A stretch of DNA of 64,000 nt from Polyangiales bacterium (GTDB lineage Bacteria > Myxococcota_A > Polyangia > Polyangiales > Polyangiaceae). The notes under the pieces are model-generated. The model was not told the DNA's origin, did no database searches, and saw only the letters and a program-made list of their open reading frames with translations. Shown here piece after piece: positions 40,523 to 50,038 of this stretch. How positions within the stretch are numbered: position 1 is the first letter of the stretch; each line of letters begins with the position of its first letter. Location: contig JBBRLQ010000005.1 of the NCBI GenBank assembly GCA_038231275.1, positions 160,001 through 224,000 of the forward strand, read 5' to 3'. Position numbers and translations under genes: made by a program.

Positions 40523-41344
40523 ATGTCCGTGACCCGCGCCGACGCCGGCCTATTTCCAGCGCTTCTCCGTCACTGGCGCTCGCGCCGCGGCATGAGCCAG
40601 CTCGATCTCGCGGTCGCCGCCGACGTGTCGTCGCGCCACGTGAGCTTTCTCGAGACCGCGCGTGCCAAGCCGAGCCGCGAGATGGTCCTGCGCCTCGGCG
40701 CGACGATGGACGTGCCGCTCCGCGATCAGAACGAGATGCTGCGCGCCGCCGGCTTCGACGCCGAGTTCGCGGAGCCGAGCGTCGACGGCGAGCTCCCGGG
40801 CCCGATCGCGCAGGCCATCGATCGGATGCTCGCGCACCACGAGCCGTTTCCGCTCACGGTGCTCGATCGCGCGTACAACGTGCTCCGTACGAACACCGCC
40901 GCGATGCGTATCGTCGGCCACTTCATCGCCGAGCCCGCCCGGCTACCCGCGCGCCCCAACGCGTTCCATCTGCTCTTCGATCCACGCCTCTGCCGCCCGT
41001 TCATCCTCGACTGGGAACGCATCGCGCGGGCGATGGTCGCACGCCTTCATCGCGAGGTCCTCGCGAGCGCCGGCGACGCCGCGCTGGCCGGCCTCCTCCA
41101 CTCGCTCTTCGAGTACCCCGGCGTCACCGAGGCGTGGCGTCAGCCCGATTTTTCTCTTCCGAGCGAGCCCGTCGCCGCGTTTCGACTGAAGCGCGACGCC
41201 CTCGAGATGGCGTTCCTCACGACGATCACCGGCTTCAGCGCGCCCGGCAACGTCACGCTCGAGGAGCTGCGTTTCGAGAGCTACCTGCCGCTCGACGACG
41301 CGACCGAGCGCGCGTGCAGGCGCCTCGCGCAGGGCGACGCGTGA
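40523..41344 (+). CDS. XRE-family HTH regulator with an MmyB-like ligand-binding domain
   Basis: LLRHWRSRRGMSQLDLAVAADVSSRHVSFLETARAKPSREM; HEPFP...DRAYNV; TLEELRFESYLP. Confidence 0.92.
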   Translation: MSVTRADAGLFPALLRHWRSRRGMSQLDLAVAADVSSRHVSFLETARAKPSREMVLRLGATMDVPLRDQNEMLRAAGFDAEFAEPSVDGELPGPIAQAIDRMLAHHEPFPLTVLDRAYNVLRTNTAAMRIVGHFIAEPARLPARPNAFHLLFDPRLCRPFILDWERIARAMVARLHREVLASAGDAALAGLLHSLFEYPGVTEAWRQPDFSLPSEPVAAFRLKRDALEMAFLTTITGFSAPGNVTLEELRFESYLPLDDATERACRRLAQGDA

Positions 41345-41347
41345 CGG

Positions 41348-41722
41348 CTACTGCACGGCCTGCGCGGTGACCTCGGCCTCGATCGTCGCCACGGTGATGC
41401 CATCGGCGAGGAACATCACGGTCGTCTTGCCGACCTTCTGCCCGAGGAACGCGTAGTTCTTGTCGCCGTACGCGCGGAGCGCCACGAGCGTGTTCGGATC
41501 GCCCGACTGAACGTCGCCGACCATGGGCTTTTGATCGCTGTTGAACGGCGCGATGTGCGCCGTCACGATCGACCCTTGCGTGACGGCGATGTGAAGCGCG
41601 GTCACCGTCGACGGAAGATCGTTGGACGACACCGTGCTGATGTCGGTGTGCGAATAGCTGGCGGTGCACGCCGAGAGCGACGCCGCGAGGAAGAGGCCAG
41701 CGAGCGAGAGGATGTTCTTCAT
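41348..41722 (-). CDS. Small hypothetical lipoprotein (Ig-like beta-rich)
   Basis: MKNILSLAGLFLAASLSAC lipobox; TGATG coupling with the upstream gene. Confidence 0.75.
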   Translation of the reverse strand: MKNILSLAGLFLAASLSACTASYSHTDISTVSSNDLPSTVTALHIAVTQGSIVTAHIAPFNSDQKPMVGDVQSGDPNTLVALRAYGDKNYAFLGQKVGKTTVMFLADGITVATIEAEVTAQAVQ

Positions 41723-42492
41723 CACTGCACCGTCACGTCGAAGGACGCCTTGATGGTCTTGGTGTCGTCGGCATACGCGGAGATCGTCGCCTTGCCGACG
41801 GCCGCCGCGGTGATCTGGATCGACGCCGAGTGCGCATCGGTGGCAAGAGTTACGATCGTCGGATCGCTCGTCTCCCACAAAAACGAGTCGACCGCGCCCG
41901 CGAGCGATTGCCCGTTCTGATCTTGCGCGAGGAGCTTGTATTGCGCAGTCGCGAGCTTCGTCATCGTGACGGTCGCGCCGACGCCGCGCTTGCCGGTGAC
42001 GTCCTGGATTTGGACCTTCTTGATCGCACTGATTTTGAGGAGCGTGTAGTCGACGAGCGTGCTGTCGACGGTGCTCTGCGTGTAGATGCCCACGGTGCCG
42101 GGCCTGTTCGCACGGAATTGCCCGTCGCCGAGCCCGTTCATGAAGTCCTGCGACACGACCTTGAGCACCGGGTTGCCGACGTTGGTGTTCGTGTTCGGGG
42201 AGTACTGCAGCCGGAACCGCCCGCCCACCGCGACCTCCGACGGGAAGCACTGCGTTCCGGTCGGAATGCTCACCGGATTCACTTCGCAGCCGGGCAGCGT
42301 CTTGCTTCCCGCCGCGCATGCAGGATCTTGATCTGTGTCGCACTGGTAGAGGAAGACGCCGTGCCCGAGGTTGCCCTCGCGTCCGCTCGACGACGCGGAC
42401 GAGCACGCCGCGATCGCCCCGAGCACCAACGCCGCAGTCCCCGCGTGCGTCCATCCGAAGTTGTGCGCCGTCACACGCATCGAGCTCACCAT
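41722..42492 (-). CDS. Hypothetical lipoprotein with a C-terminal Ig-like (Big_2-type) domain
   Basis: Lipobox IAAC; Cys cluster; WETSDPTIVTL...ITAAAVGKATISA. Start 42492 or 42480. Confidence 0.75.
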   Translation of the reverse strand: MVSSMRVTAHNFGWTHAGTAALVLGAIAACSSASSSGREGNLGHGVFLYQCDTDQDPACAAGSKTLPGCEVNPVSIPTGTQCFPSEVAVGGRFRLQYSPNTNTNVGNPVLKVVSQDFMNGLGDGQFRANRPGTVGIYTQSTVDSTLVDYTLLKISAIKKVQIQDVTGKRGVGATVTMTKLATAQYKLLAQDQNGQSLAGAVDSFLWETSDPTIVTLATDAHSASIQITAAAVGKATISAYADDTKTIKASFDVTVQ

Positions 42493-42499
42493 GGGTTGG

Positions 42500-42706
42500 A
42501 GGTGGAAGAGAAGGTGATGCGAAGCTGTGAAGGAAGGGGAGGCGCGAGAGCTGCGCGAAGGAAGAAGAGGAGGAGGAAGAAGAAGGAAGAAGAGGAGGAG
42601 GAAGAAGAGGAGGAGGAAGAAGAGGAAGAAGAGGCTGCGAAGGAAGGAGAAGCGAAAGCTGCGCGAGAAGGAAGAGGAAGCGAGAGCTCCAAGCGAAGGA
42701 AGAAAG
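42500..42706 (+). repeat. Polypurine/low-complexity GA tract
   Basis: 42557-42634 is 78 nt of purines only (GGAAGAAGAGGAGGA-type units), flanked by degenerate GCTG...GAAGGAAG units. Confidence 0.9.
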
Positions 42707-42751
42707 CGCGGGTCCCTCGGGTTGAGCGACCCCGTTACGGGAGAGCTCTTG

Positions 42752-42767
42752 AGCAAGGCGCGTGCCC
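42752..42767 (-). promoter_or_regulatory. Putative sigma54 promoter GGGCAC-GCGCC-TTGCT
   Basis: GG-N10-GC spacing, oriented toward the lipoprotein pair at 42492-41348. Confidence 0.55.
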
Positions 42768-42896
42768 CGCGGATTTCAGCGGAAATTGCCGGGTTTCACG
42801 CGCAGCCGCCCGCTCGACCGTGTTCCTCCGGGGAGGGCGGCCCTGACACGCCTGCCAGGGTCGGGCGGCTGTCCGAATCCCCGCCCGCGCGATTGC

Positions 42897-42927
42897 TTGA
42901 CAGCGCGTGCCCACGAGCGGTATCCGT
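42897..42927 (+). promoter_or_regulatory. Putative sigma70 promoter for tRNA-Val
   Basis: Perfect TTGACA at 42897; weak -10 (TATCCGT at 42921). Confidence 0.5.
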
Positions 42928-42938
42928 CGCCTCCCCTT

Positions 42939-43010
<72 letters not shown>

Positions 43011-43023
43011 CAAGAAAACCTCG

Positions 43024-43065
43024 AAAAAAACGGCCATTCGCAGGCGCAATGCGGTGGCCGTTTTT
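43024..43065 (+). terminator. Intrinsic terminator (potentially bidirectional) downstream of tRNA-Val
   Basis: AAAAAAA-CGGCCA...TGGCCG-TTTTT. Confidence 0.7.
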
Positions 43066-43068
43066 GCG

Positions 43069-43509
43069 TTAAGGGCGATGCATACCCCGATGCATACCCC
43101 GACCGGCTTCGAGGGCTTCACGCACCCCCGCGAGGTCGATCACCTTGGCGATGGCGCGCTGCTTCTCGTCCGCCGCCACGGTTGAATAGTGGTGCTGCAT
43201 GGTCTCCGTCGCGTGACCTGAGATGGCTCGCGTCACGAGGTCCTTCACCTCGGCGGCGCGGGCAAGATCCTGAAACGTGCGCCGCATGGCCCGCGGGCTG
43301 ATGTGCTGCTTCAGCTCGAGGGCCTTCGCGACCGTTGCGAACGGCTTCTTCAGGGCCGACCGACTCCGGAAACGACCATCCTCCGCCGGGAAGAGCAACT
43401 CCGACGAGCGCATCTCGTCGGTCGAGAGCTGCGTCTCGACGTGCCATTGGAGGATCTCGACCAAGGTCGGCGGCAGCGTGATGCGCTGCCGGATCTTGGT
43501 CTTGGTGGT
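43069..43509 (-). pseudogene. Tyrosine recombinase/integrase C-terminal remnant
   Basis: TKTKIRQRITLP, LLFPAEDG, SPRAMRRTF, AISGH...MQHHY; N-terminal half and start missing. Confidence 0.85.
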
Positions 43510-43510
43510 T

Positions 43511-43642
43511 TCTCTCCCACCCCAAGGACTTGATCGCGTACCCCAACTCGATGAGCACGTTCGGGTTGGGCCAGGGCCGCTCGCCGTCGTCGCCCGCAAT
43601 GATGGAGATGTCGGCCACGAAAACATCGGCCGAATCGATCTT
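43511..43642 (-). pseudogene. Fragment of a TIR-like/nucleoside 2-deoxyribosyltransferase-fold protein
   Basis: KIDSADVFVADISII...PNPNVLIELGYAIKSLGWER, cut off and abutting the integrase remnant out of frame. Confidence 0.6.
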
Positions 43643-43888
43643 TCCGTGCGCCCGTCTTGGGGGCTTCCTCGTCACCTCCACGCTCGCCGCTTTCACTGCC
43701 CGTCTTGGTCGTGTTCTCGCAACGGCGATCGGTGCGCGAAGGTACTACTGCAGCGCGGTCGAAGTCGAACGCTTGTGCGTGCGCTTTTTCGCGGCGATCC
43801 GCTACTCGTCGCGCAGCTGCATACCCGCCTGGATCCCCTCGCTCAACGCGGGAGGATCGGCGTCGGAACGCGGCTAGTCTCACGGGCG

Positions 43889-44641
43889 GTGAAGAAGACC
43901 CCGAACCCCTACGTCCCGCCCAACGCACCGTCGGAGACACCGCCGATCACCGCGCCGCGCGCGAGCGGCGCGCTCTTGCTCGCCTTTGCGCTCGGGGTTC
44001 TTGGGGGTGGCGTTCTCGTCGCCCAGTTCTCGTTCGGGCTGCGCAGGTTTGGAGGTCTCGAGTACGTGCCGCGCGTCGTCGTGCTCGCCGCGACGCGCGC
44101 CCTGGCGGGCGGTCCCGCGGCGCTTGCCGCAGGACTCGTTGCCGTTCGTGCACTTCACCGCGCTGGGCCGCGAAACGAGCGCGCCCTGCCGGGGGCATGG
44201 GCATTCGTCGCGACGCTCACCGCAGCGATCCCCTCCTACGTTGGGCTCCTCACCGGCGCCATCGGCACGTCAGTCGCCTTCGGGATCGCCGTCGCGCTTT
44301 ACCCAGAGGCGATGCGGACGGGGGTGGAGCTCGGGGACGCGCTCGTCGGGGTTGCGCACGTGCTCGTCGACGCGTGCGTCGTCGCCGGCGTCGTCCACTT
44401 CGGCCGCCGCGCGTGGCGCTCCCCCGCCTGGAGCCTCACCGGCAAGTGGGTCGTGGCGTTCCTCGTCCTCCGAATCGCGTCCACTCTCGCCTCGACGCTC
44501 GCTTCGCTCGCGATACCAGGCGCCGACGCCGATCCGACGCCGACTCAACTACGGGACCCTACTGGCAACCGGTTGGGGTCTCGCGGACCGATTTTTGACC
44601 CTCGATGTCCGCGATGCATACCCCCCGACCGCATCGATTAA
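43889..44641 (+). CDS. Membrane protein, weak MlaE-permease-like similarity (island cargo)
   Basis: About 5 TM segments; AQFSFGLRRFGGLEYVPRVVVLAATRALAG resembles the MlaE helix region; start uncertain. Confidence 0.5.
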   Translation: MKKTPNPYVPPNAPSETPPITAPRASGALLLAFALGVLGGGVLVAQFSFGLRRFGGLEYVPRVVVLAATRALAGGPAALAAGLVAVRALHRAGPRNERALPGAWAFVATLTAAIPSYVGLLTGAIGTSVAFGIAVALYPEAMRTGVELGDALVGVAHVLVDACVVAGVVHFGRRAWRSPAWSLTGKWVVAFLVLRIASTLASTLASLAIPGADADPTPTQLRDPTGNRLGSRGPIFDPRCPRCIPPDRID

Positions 44642-44667
44642 CTGCGCGAAACCGCGTTGGCGTCGCG

Positions 44668-44712
44668 TTGACACGGTAGGGGTCGTTGGTTCAACCCCAA
44701 TCGCGCCTACAA
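44668..44712 (+). repeat. att site: duplicated 3' half of tRNA-Val
   Basis: TTGACACGGTAGGGGTCGTTGGTTCAACCCCAATCGCGCCTACAA, with one T>C change relative to the tRNA. Confidence 0.93.
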
Positions 44713-44732
44713 ATACGGCACTTTAGAACAAG

Positions 44733-44764
44733 CGGGTTGAGCGTTTCGGCGCTCAACCCGTTTT
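44733..44764 (+). terminator. Intrinsic terminator (likely the original, displaced tRNA terminator)
   Basis: CGGGTTGAGCG-TTTCGG-CGCTCAACCCG-TTTT, 20 nt after the att copy. Confidence 0.8.
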
Positions 44765-44996
44765 CGTTTCCTCTCCCGGCGGAGCACCGCCCTCCCCCCG
44801 ATACAGATTCCGCTCGCCGCGGGCGCGGACTCGTCAACGGCGATCTTCCTCAGAGGGTGGGACGTCCACGAGAACAAGTCCCCGGACACCGCCCGCATGC
44901 TCGTCTTCATGTACCCGATCGAAGGAACCCAACCTGTCGTGTGAACCGGAGCGACCTGAAGCGCGCGCCAGTTCTCGATGGCGACCGAGGCGGAGA

Positions 44997-47165
44997 CTAA
45001 GGCGCGCGCCGCTTGCCAAAGAAGGTCTCGAGCTCGTCGAGCTCGAAGCCGAGCTCCGGATCCGTCAGGGCCGTCGTGAAGCGCTCGGCGCTCGCCCGGA
45101 GGCGATCGCGCTCCGTCGTGTCGCCGAGGAGGCGCGCGACCTCGCGGCGATCGGAGAGGTCGCCGAGGAAGCTGGACGCTCCGCACGTCAAGCACGCCGC
45201 CGGGAACGAGTCGGATCGGAACCAGCGCTCGAGCGGGCCGCGATCGGGTCCGAGCTGCGGCAGCGCGCGCGGGAGCGTCGTCCGTCCCGTCGAGCGTTGT
45301 TCGGTGAGCACGCGCACGACCTCGGCCGCATCTCGGCTGCGTGCCGCGTCGAAGACCGCCTTGCTCTCGGGCCAGATTCGATCGACGACCGGCTCCTCCC
45401 ACGTTGCTCCCGGCAGGACCAGCCGGGCCATCTGCCGGGCCGCCTGCGAGGTGTACGGCTCGCCGATCGCCGTGTAGCGCTTCATTCGCGCGGGATCGTC
45501 CGCGTAGAGGGCCGCGGCGCCTGCGACCGCCAGGGTGATCGTGAGGAGGGCGCGTTCGTCCTCGACGGCCTTCGTCTCGAGCTCGCTCTTGGACGTGGAA
45601 TGGTGGAAGGTTCGCCCCTCTTCGACCATCGCCGCGACTCGATCGAGAAAGGGGCGGTACGGCGCCGCCCGCTCGGGAAAGCCGGCGTAGGCGTAGAAGA
45701 GCGTGAGCTCCGCGGCGAAGGTCGCAAGAAGCGGCTGGAGCTGGTCGACGTCGATGGTGAAGTACCGTTCGACGCCGTCGGCGACGACGAAGCGATCCAG
45801 GAGGTCGCGCTCGAGGGCGACGGGTCGCGACGCCAGGCGCGAGCGCGTCGCGACGACGGAGGTGAAGGTCTCGCCGACGGCGTCGTAGCGAGCGTCGCGG
45901 AGGAACGTCGGCCGCGGCCAGTCGTCTTCCCCGAGGTACTGGCCGTTCGAGTCGAGCTCGCGCGCCGCCTTGGCGAAGGGGCGCGTCGAGCAGACCTTCA
46001 CGAAGCGCGGACCGCCAGCGCGGGGCGTCCGCGCCCGCGTCTCGAGGATCTCCAGAATGCACTGGAGGTGCCGCTTCTCCGGTGTGCTCGGGCCGGGATA
46101 GAACTGGGCCTCCATCCGCCGGACGGTGCTTGCCGCGCGATCGAACGCGTGGGCGAGGAGGTGCGTCTCCACCTCGGCGAGCGAAGGGAGGGGCGCAGAG
46201 TCCATCGTCGCGACCGGCGCGGCCTCCGCGAACGCGGCGCTCGCAAGCGCGAATTCCCCCGCCGCGTAATGCGCCATCGCGCGCGCGTAGGCGTCGTCGC
46301 AGCCCAAGGGCGCGGGGATCTCGTAGCGCGAGAGCCTCTCGAGCACGGGGGCGCGACACGCCGGCTCGTTGGCGCTCGCATCGACGGTCCCCTGCGGGCC
46401 GCGCGCCCGCGCCGGACGGTCGACGCGGGCGGCTGCCCCCGCGAGGGCGGCTCCGACGACGACCGAGGCGACGGCCGCGGGCAAGACGACGCGCCTCGAC
46501 GATGCCCGCCGTCGCGAGGTCGTCGAGGCGACCGCGATCATCGCCTCACCGAGGCCGGCGGAGACGGGGCCGGGCTTCATGCTCAGCACCTTCGAGCGCC
46601 CGCGGTAGAGCGCATCGTCGTCCGGCGCGGGCTCGACCGAACCGCGCGCCCGAACGCGATCGCCGTCCTGCACGACGCGAAATTGCCCGACGCGCTTCTT
46701 CACCTTCGCGTGGGCGAGCGGCGCGGCCCCGAGCGCCGGCGCGCGGTCGAGCGACGCGGTGTGCTCGGTCTCGATCGCGCCGCGTAGCACCTGCGCCGGC
46801 CCGTCGAGGAGCGCGCGCCCGGCTCCGCCGTCGAGCTCGATCGCGAACCCCTGGGGTGCCGTCGAACAGCTCACCGCGTACGCGTTCACCTCATCGAGGA
46901 ACGACGTCCCGTACGGATGGAACGACGCGAGGTGCGCCGTGGCGGCAGCCCCTCCGTCGCCGAGCGAGACCAACTTCCCTTCGACGGTGATCACCTCGCT
47001 CCGCGCAGCCCCAAACGCATTCGCGGGCGAAGTTGGAGGTCCGAGCTCCGCCAGGATGTGCGCATGTCGCCTGCTTTCGCGCACCCGCTCCAGCCAGGTG
47101 ACGACGCCGCCAACGAGCGCCATGAGCGCCACCGGAGCGAGCCCAACGAAGACGATCAGCCACAC
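44997..47165 (-). CDS. Hypothetical membrane protein with a helical (TPR-like) C-terminal part
   Basis: Long ORF with two hydrophobic segments; start at GTG 47165 is a guess. Confidence 0.6.
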   Translation of the reverse strand: MWLIVFVGLAPVALMALVGGVVTWLERVRESRRHAHILAELGPPTSPANAFGAARSEVITVEGKLVSLGDGGAAATAHLASFHPYGTSFLDEVNAYAVSCSTAPQGFAIELDGGAGRALLDGPAQVLRGAIETEHTASLDRAPALGAAPLAHAKVKKRVGQFRVVQDGDRVRARGSVEPAPDDDALYRGRSKVLSMKPGPVSAGLGEAMIAVASTTSRRRASSRRVVLPAAVASVVVGAALAGAAARVDRPARARGPQGTVDASANEPACRAPVLERLSRYEIPAPLGCDDAYARAMAHYAAGEFALASAAFAEAAPVATMDSAPLPSLAEVETHLLAHAFDRAASTVRRMEAQFYPGPSTPEKRHLQCILEILETRARTPRAGGPRFVKVCSTRPFAKAARELDSNGQYLGEDDWPRPTFLRDARYDAVGETFTSVVATRSRLASRPVALERDLLDRFVVADGVERYFTIDVDQLQPLLATFAAELTLFYAYAGFPERAAPYRPFLDRVAAMVEEGRTFHHSTSKSELETKAVEDERALLTITLAVAGAAALYADDPARMKRYTAIGEPYTSQAARQMARLVLPGATWEEPVVDRIWPESKAVFDAARSRDAAEVVRVLTEQRSTGRTTLPRALPQLGPDRGPLERWFRSDSFPAACLTCGASSFLGDLSDRREVARLLGDTTERDRLRASAERFTTALTDPELGFELDELETFFGKRRAP

Positions 47166-47353
47166 CCAGCAGATCCTACGCGCGATCGGTGCGTGGCCTC
47201 CCCGGGCGCGGGCGAACGCGACGTCTTGGCGGATGGGTACGCGCCGACTCCATACGCATACCCCGGTGCCTAGGCCGGTCGCATAGCGCGTGCTAAATTT
47301 CCTCGGATGGACGGAGCGTACGGATTCGGCCATCGGGACAGAGGAGGCACTCA

Positions 47354-48556
47354 ATGCGCACGCGTCCATTGAAGCGGGTCGTGGGCATCGCGGGCGTCGT
47401 TGCCATCTCCATCGCCGCATGCGGCGGAGGCAGCAGCTCAACGTTCAACGACGGCCAGAGCAGCAGCAGCAGCGGGTCCTCGGGAGGGACCTCCGGCGAT
47501 ATCCTGGGCGGAGACGGCGGCAGCAGCAGTGGCAGCAGCGGGAGCAGCGGGAGCAGCGGGAGCAGCAGCGGCGGCCCCGGACCTGGGGTCGTGGCGACCT
47601 GCATCGTCGGCAGCCAGGGTTGCCTTTGCGATTCGCGCGGGCAGTGCGCGCCACCGTTGACGTGCGTGCCGCAGCCAGGTGGTGGGCCCCCCCTCTGCTG
47701 CAGCGGCTCGAACTGCGCGGGCACGGGTGGGGGTGGCGGCATCGGTACCGTCTGCCCGCCGGGCACGGGCGGTGGAGCGGCCTGCACGCCGGGCTCCGTC
47801 ACCATTCCGCCCGTGACCGCCGGCAACGACAGCTGCGGCTACTCCACCGGGACATTCAACGAGAACATCATCTTCTGTGGGATGACGGCCGCCGGCGGCG
47901 GCGCCGCACCGGCCACCATCAATGTCTTTTACAACGACGAACATGCCATACCGCTCGGTTGCGCAAATGCGACGAATCCGGTCTCGGCGTACCCCGGCAC
48001 CCCGACCGCGCTCTACTATCCACAGACGGGCGACCCGGCGTGCACAGATACCGTCAAGCGGCCCATGCGCCCGGTGCTCTACATCACCGACATCACGGCG
48101 GACCCAAACTGCACCACCGGCGATCAGCAAAAGGGCGGGACTCCGTACTATCCAGTTGCCATATTCGGCTCTTGGAAGACCGCTTCGGAGAACGGCACCA
48201 TTGGCCAGCCCACCGGAGGCGATCCCGCTTCGAACGGTTGGAACCTCGGAGCGGGCGCTGACCCGGTGCCCGCCGCCGTGAAGGCGGTCTGCAGCGGCAG
48301 CGGGTTCGGCACGGAAATACAGTTCGCGGCTGGCCTCATCCCGGGCCATTCGTACCGCCTTCAGACCATCCTCCACGATGGCGATCAGACGCGAGGCGCC
48401 GACTCCGGCGAAGGTTGCGCGGTTTTCTGCGCATCGGCAGGCGTAGCGTGCCAGCCCGCGTGCGGTGCATGCACCGGCAACGCTGGCTGCTGCTCGGGCC
48501 TGACGTGTAGCAACGGCGTGTGTGGGCCCTGTACCGACGGCGGCATCATAAGATGA
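47354..48556 (+). CDS. Gly/Ser- and Cys-rich lipoprotein
   Basis: GAGGAGG RBS, lipobox IAAC, SSG linker repeats, several Cys clusters. Confidence 0.8.
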   Translation: MRTRPLKRVVGIAGVVAISIAACGGGSSSTFNDGQSSSSSGSSGGTSGDILGGDGGSSSGSSGSSGSSGSSSGGPGPGVVATCIVGSQGCLCDSRGQCAPPLTCVPQPGGGPPLCCSGSNCAGTGGGGGIGTVCPPGTGGGAACTPGSVTIPPVTAGNDSCGYSTGTFNENIIFCGMTAAGGGAAPATINVFYNDEHAIPLGCANATNPVSAYPGTPTALYYPQTGDPACTDTVKRPMRPVLYITDITADPNCTTGDQQKGGTPYYPVAIFGSWKTASENGTIGQPTGGDPASNGWNLGAGADPVPAAVKAVCSGSGFGTEIQFAAGLIPGHSYRLQTILHDGDQTRGADSGEGCAVFCASAGVACQPACGACTGNAGCCSGLTCSNGVCGPCTDGGIIR

Positions 48557-48608
48557 TTCGCCAAAACCACCCGCACTTGCGCATGTAGTCCAGCCGTTCA
48601 GTTCCCCA

Positions 48609-49944
48609 GGCTGTGCCCTCCTCTTCCTCGCGCTCGGGCTCTACGGTTTCTTCTACCTCGTCCTCCACTTCACCGAGATCGTGACGCGTCGCTACCTCCA
48701 GATCGGCACGGCGGCGCTCGTGCTCTTTACGCCGCTCGCGATCACGTCGACCGACGCGATGATCTCGCGCCTCGGGCCGCGCCGGTGGAAGCGTCTGCAC
48801 CGGATCACGTACCTGGCGACCTCGCTGGGATGCATCCACTACATCCTCCTCGTCAAATCCGACGTCCGCCAGCCGGTCGCGTTCGCCGCCGTCGTCGGAG
48901 CGCTGCTGCTATTTCGCGTCGGCGATTACTATCTGACGCTGCGCCGGCACCAGGCGAGGCCGGTCGCCGTGAGCACGCCGGCGCGGATGAAGTTTTGGTC
49001 AGGCAAGCTCGTCGTCGCACGAACGTTCGACGAGACCCACGACGTCCGCACCTTTCGTCTCGCGCCGGTCGGCGGCGTCTTGCCTTTCTCCTAAGGCCGA
49101 GGACGGCTACGCGTCGCACCATTTGCACGACCACTTCAAGGATGGCTCCCTGCTCGAGGTGTCGGTGCCCGCAGGCCGCTTCGTCTTCGACGGACAAGGG
49201 CACGACAAGGTCCTCCTCATCGGCGGGGGCGTGGGGATCACGCCGGTGATGTCGATGCTGCGCGCGCTCACCGATCGCTCGTGGCCAGGGCGGATCGAAC
49301 TGGTCTTCGCCGCGCGGACTGCCGCGGACATCATCTTTCGCGAGGAGCTCGACTACCTCGTCAAGCGCTTCCCGAACTTGCGCGTCACCGTCACGCTGTC
49401 GCGCGAGCCGAAGGACAGCGCGTGGTCCGGCGAGCGCGGGCAGATCGGCCGTGAGCTGCTCGCGCGCGTCCTGCCGGAGCCAAGGGCGACGCCGGTGTAC
49501 CTCTGCGGCCCGGGCCCCCTGATGACCGCCGTGCGGGCGGTCCTCACGGAGGTGGGCGTCCCCGAGATGAACATCCATGTGGAGGCGTTCGTTTCTCCGC
49601 CGCGCGCTCCGGACATGGAAGACGGCGCCGCCGAGGAGCAGGCGCGCGACGACGCCGAGACGCCGGCGCGCGACGCGGGCACGATGGTCTCCGTGCGCTT
49701 CGCAAAGTCTGGCGTCAGCGCCGATCTCGGCGATGGGAAGACGCTGCTCGAGGCGGCAGAGGAGGTGGGCGTCGACATTCCCTTCGACTGCCGGTCGGGC
49801 ATCTGCGGCCAGTGCAAGACCCAGCTGCTCGACGGGCGCGTCGTCATGGCCGTGCAAGACGCGCTGACCGCAGGCGACCGCAAGCGAAGGCTCGTCCTCG
49901 CGTGCCAGGCGCGCGCCGTCAGCGACGTCGCCGTAGACGCGTGA
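48609..49944 (+). pseudogene. Disrupted MsrQ-like ferric reductase TM + FAD/NAD oxidoreductase + 2Fe-2S ferredoxin fusion
   Basis: LGLYGFFYLVLHF, LAITSTDAMISRLGPRRWKRLHRITY, ETHDVRTFRL; stop/frame switch at about 49091; then GGGVGITP, YLCGP, CRSGICGQC...LACQA. No start codon upstream of the 5' part. Confidence 0.82.
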
Positions 49945-50038
49945 CCCGCAACCACAGCGCGAGCCCAAAGCCCGAACGCCCGCTAACATGGACGTTCTCG
50001 TTACGCGGAGCTGGCCGCGTCGAAGGGGGAGATCATCC

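Noticed and set aside
44668..44712. Second tRNA-Val gene
   Set aside because: Only the 3' half is present, with no D arm or 5' acceptor strand; it is an att duplicate.
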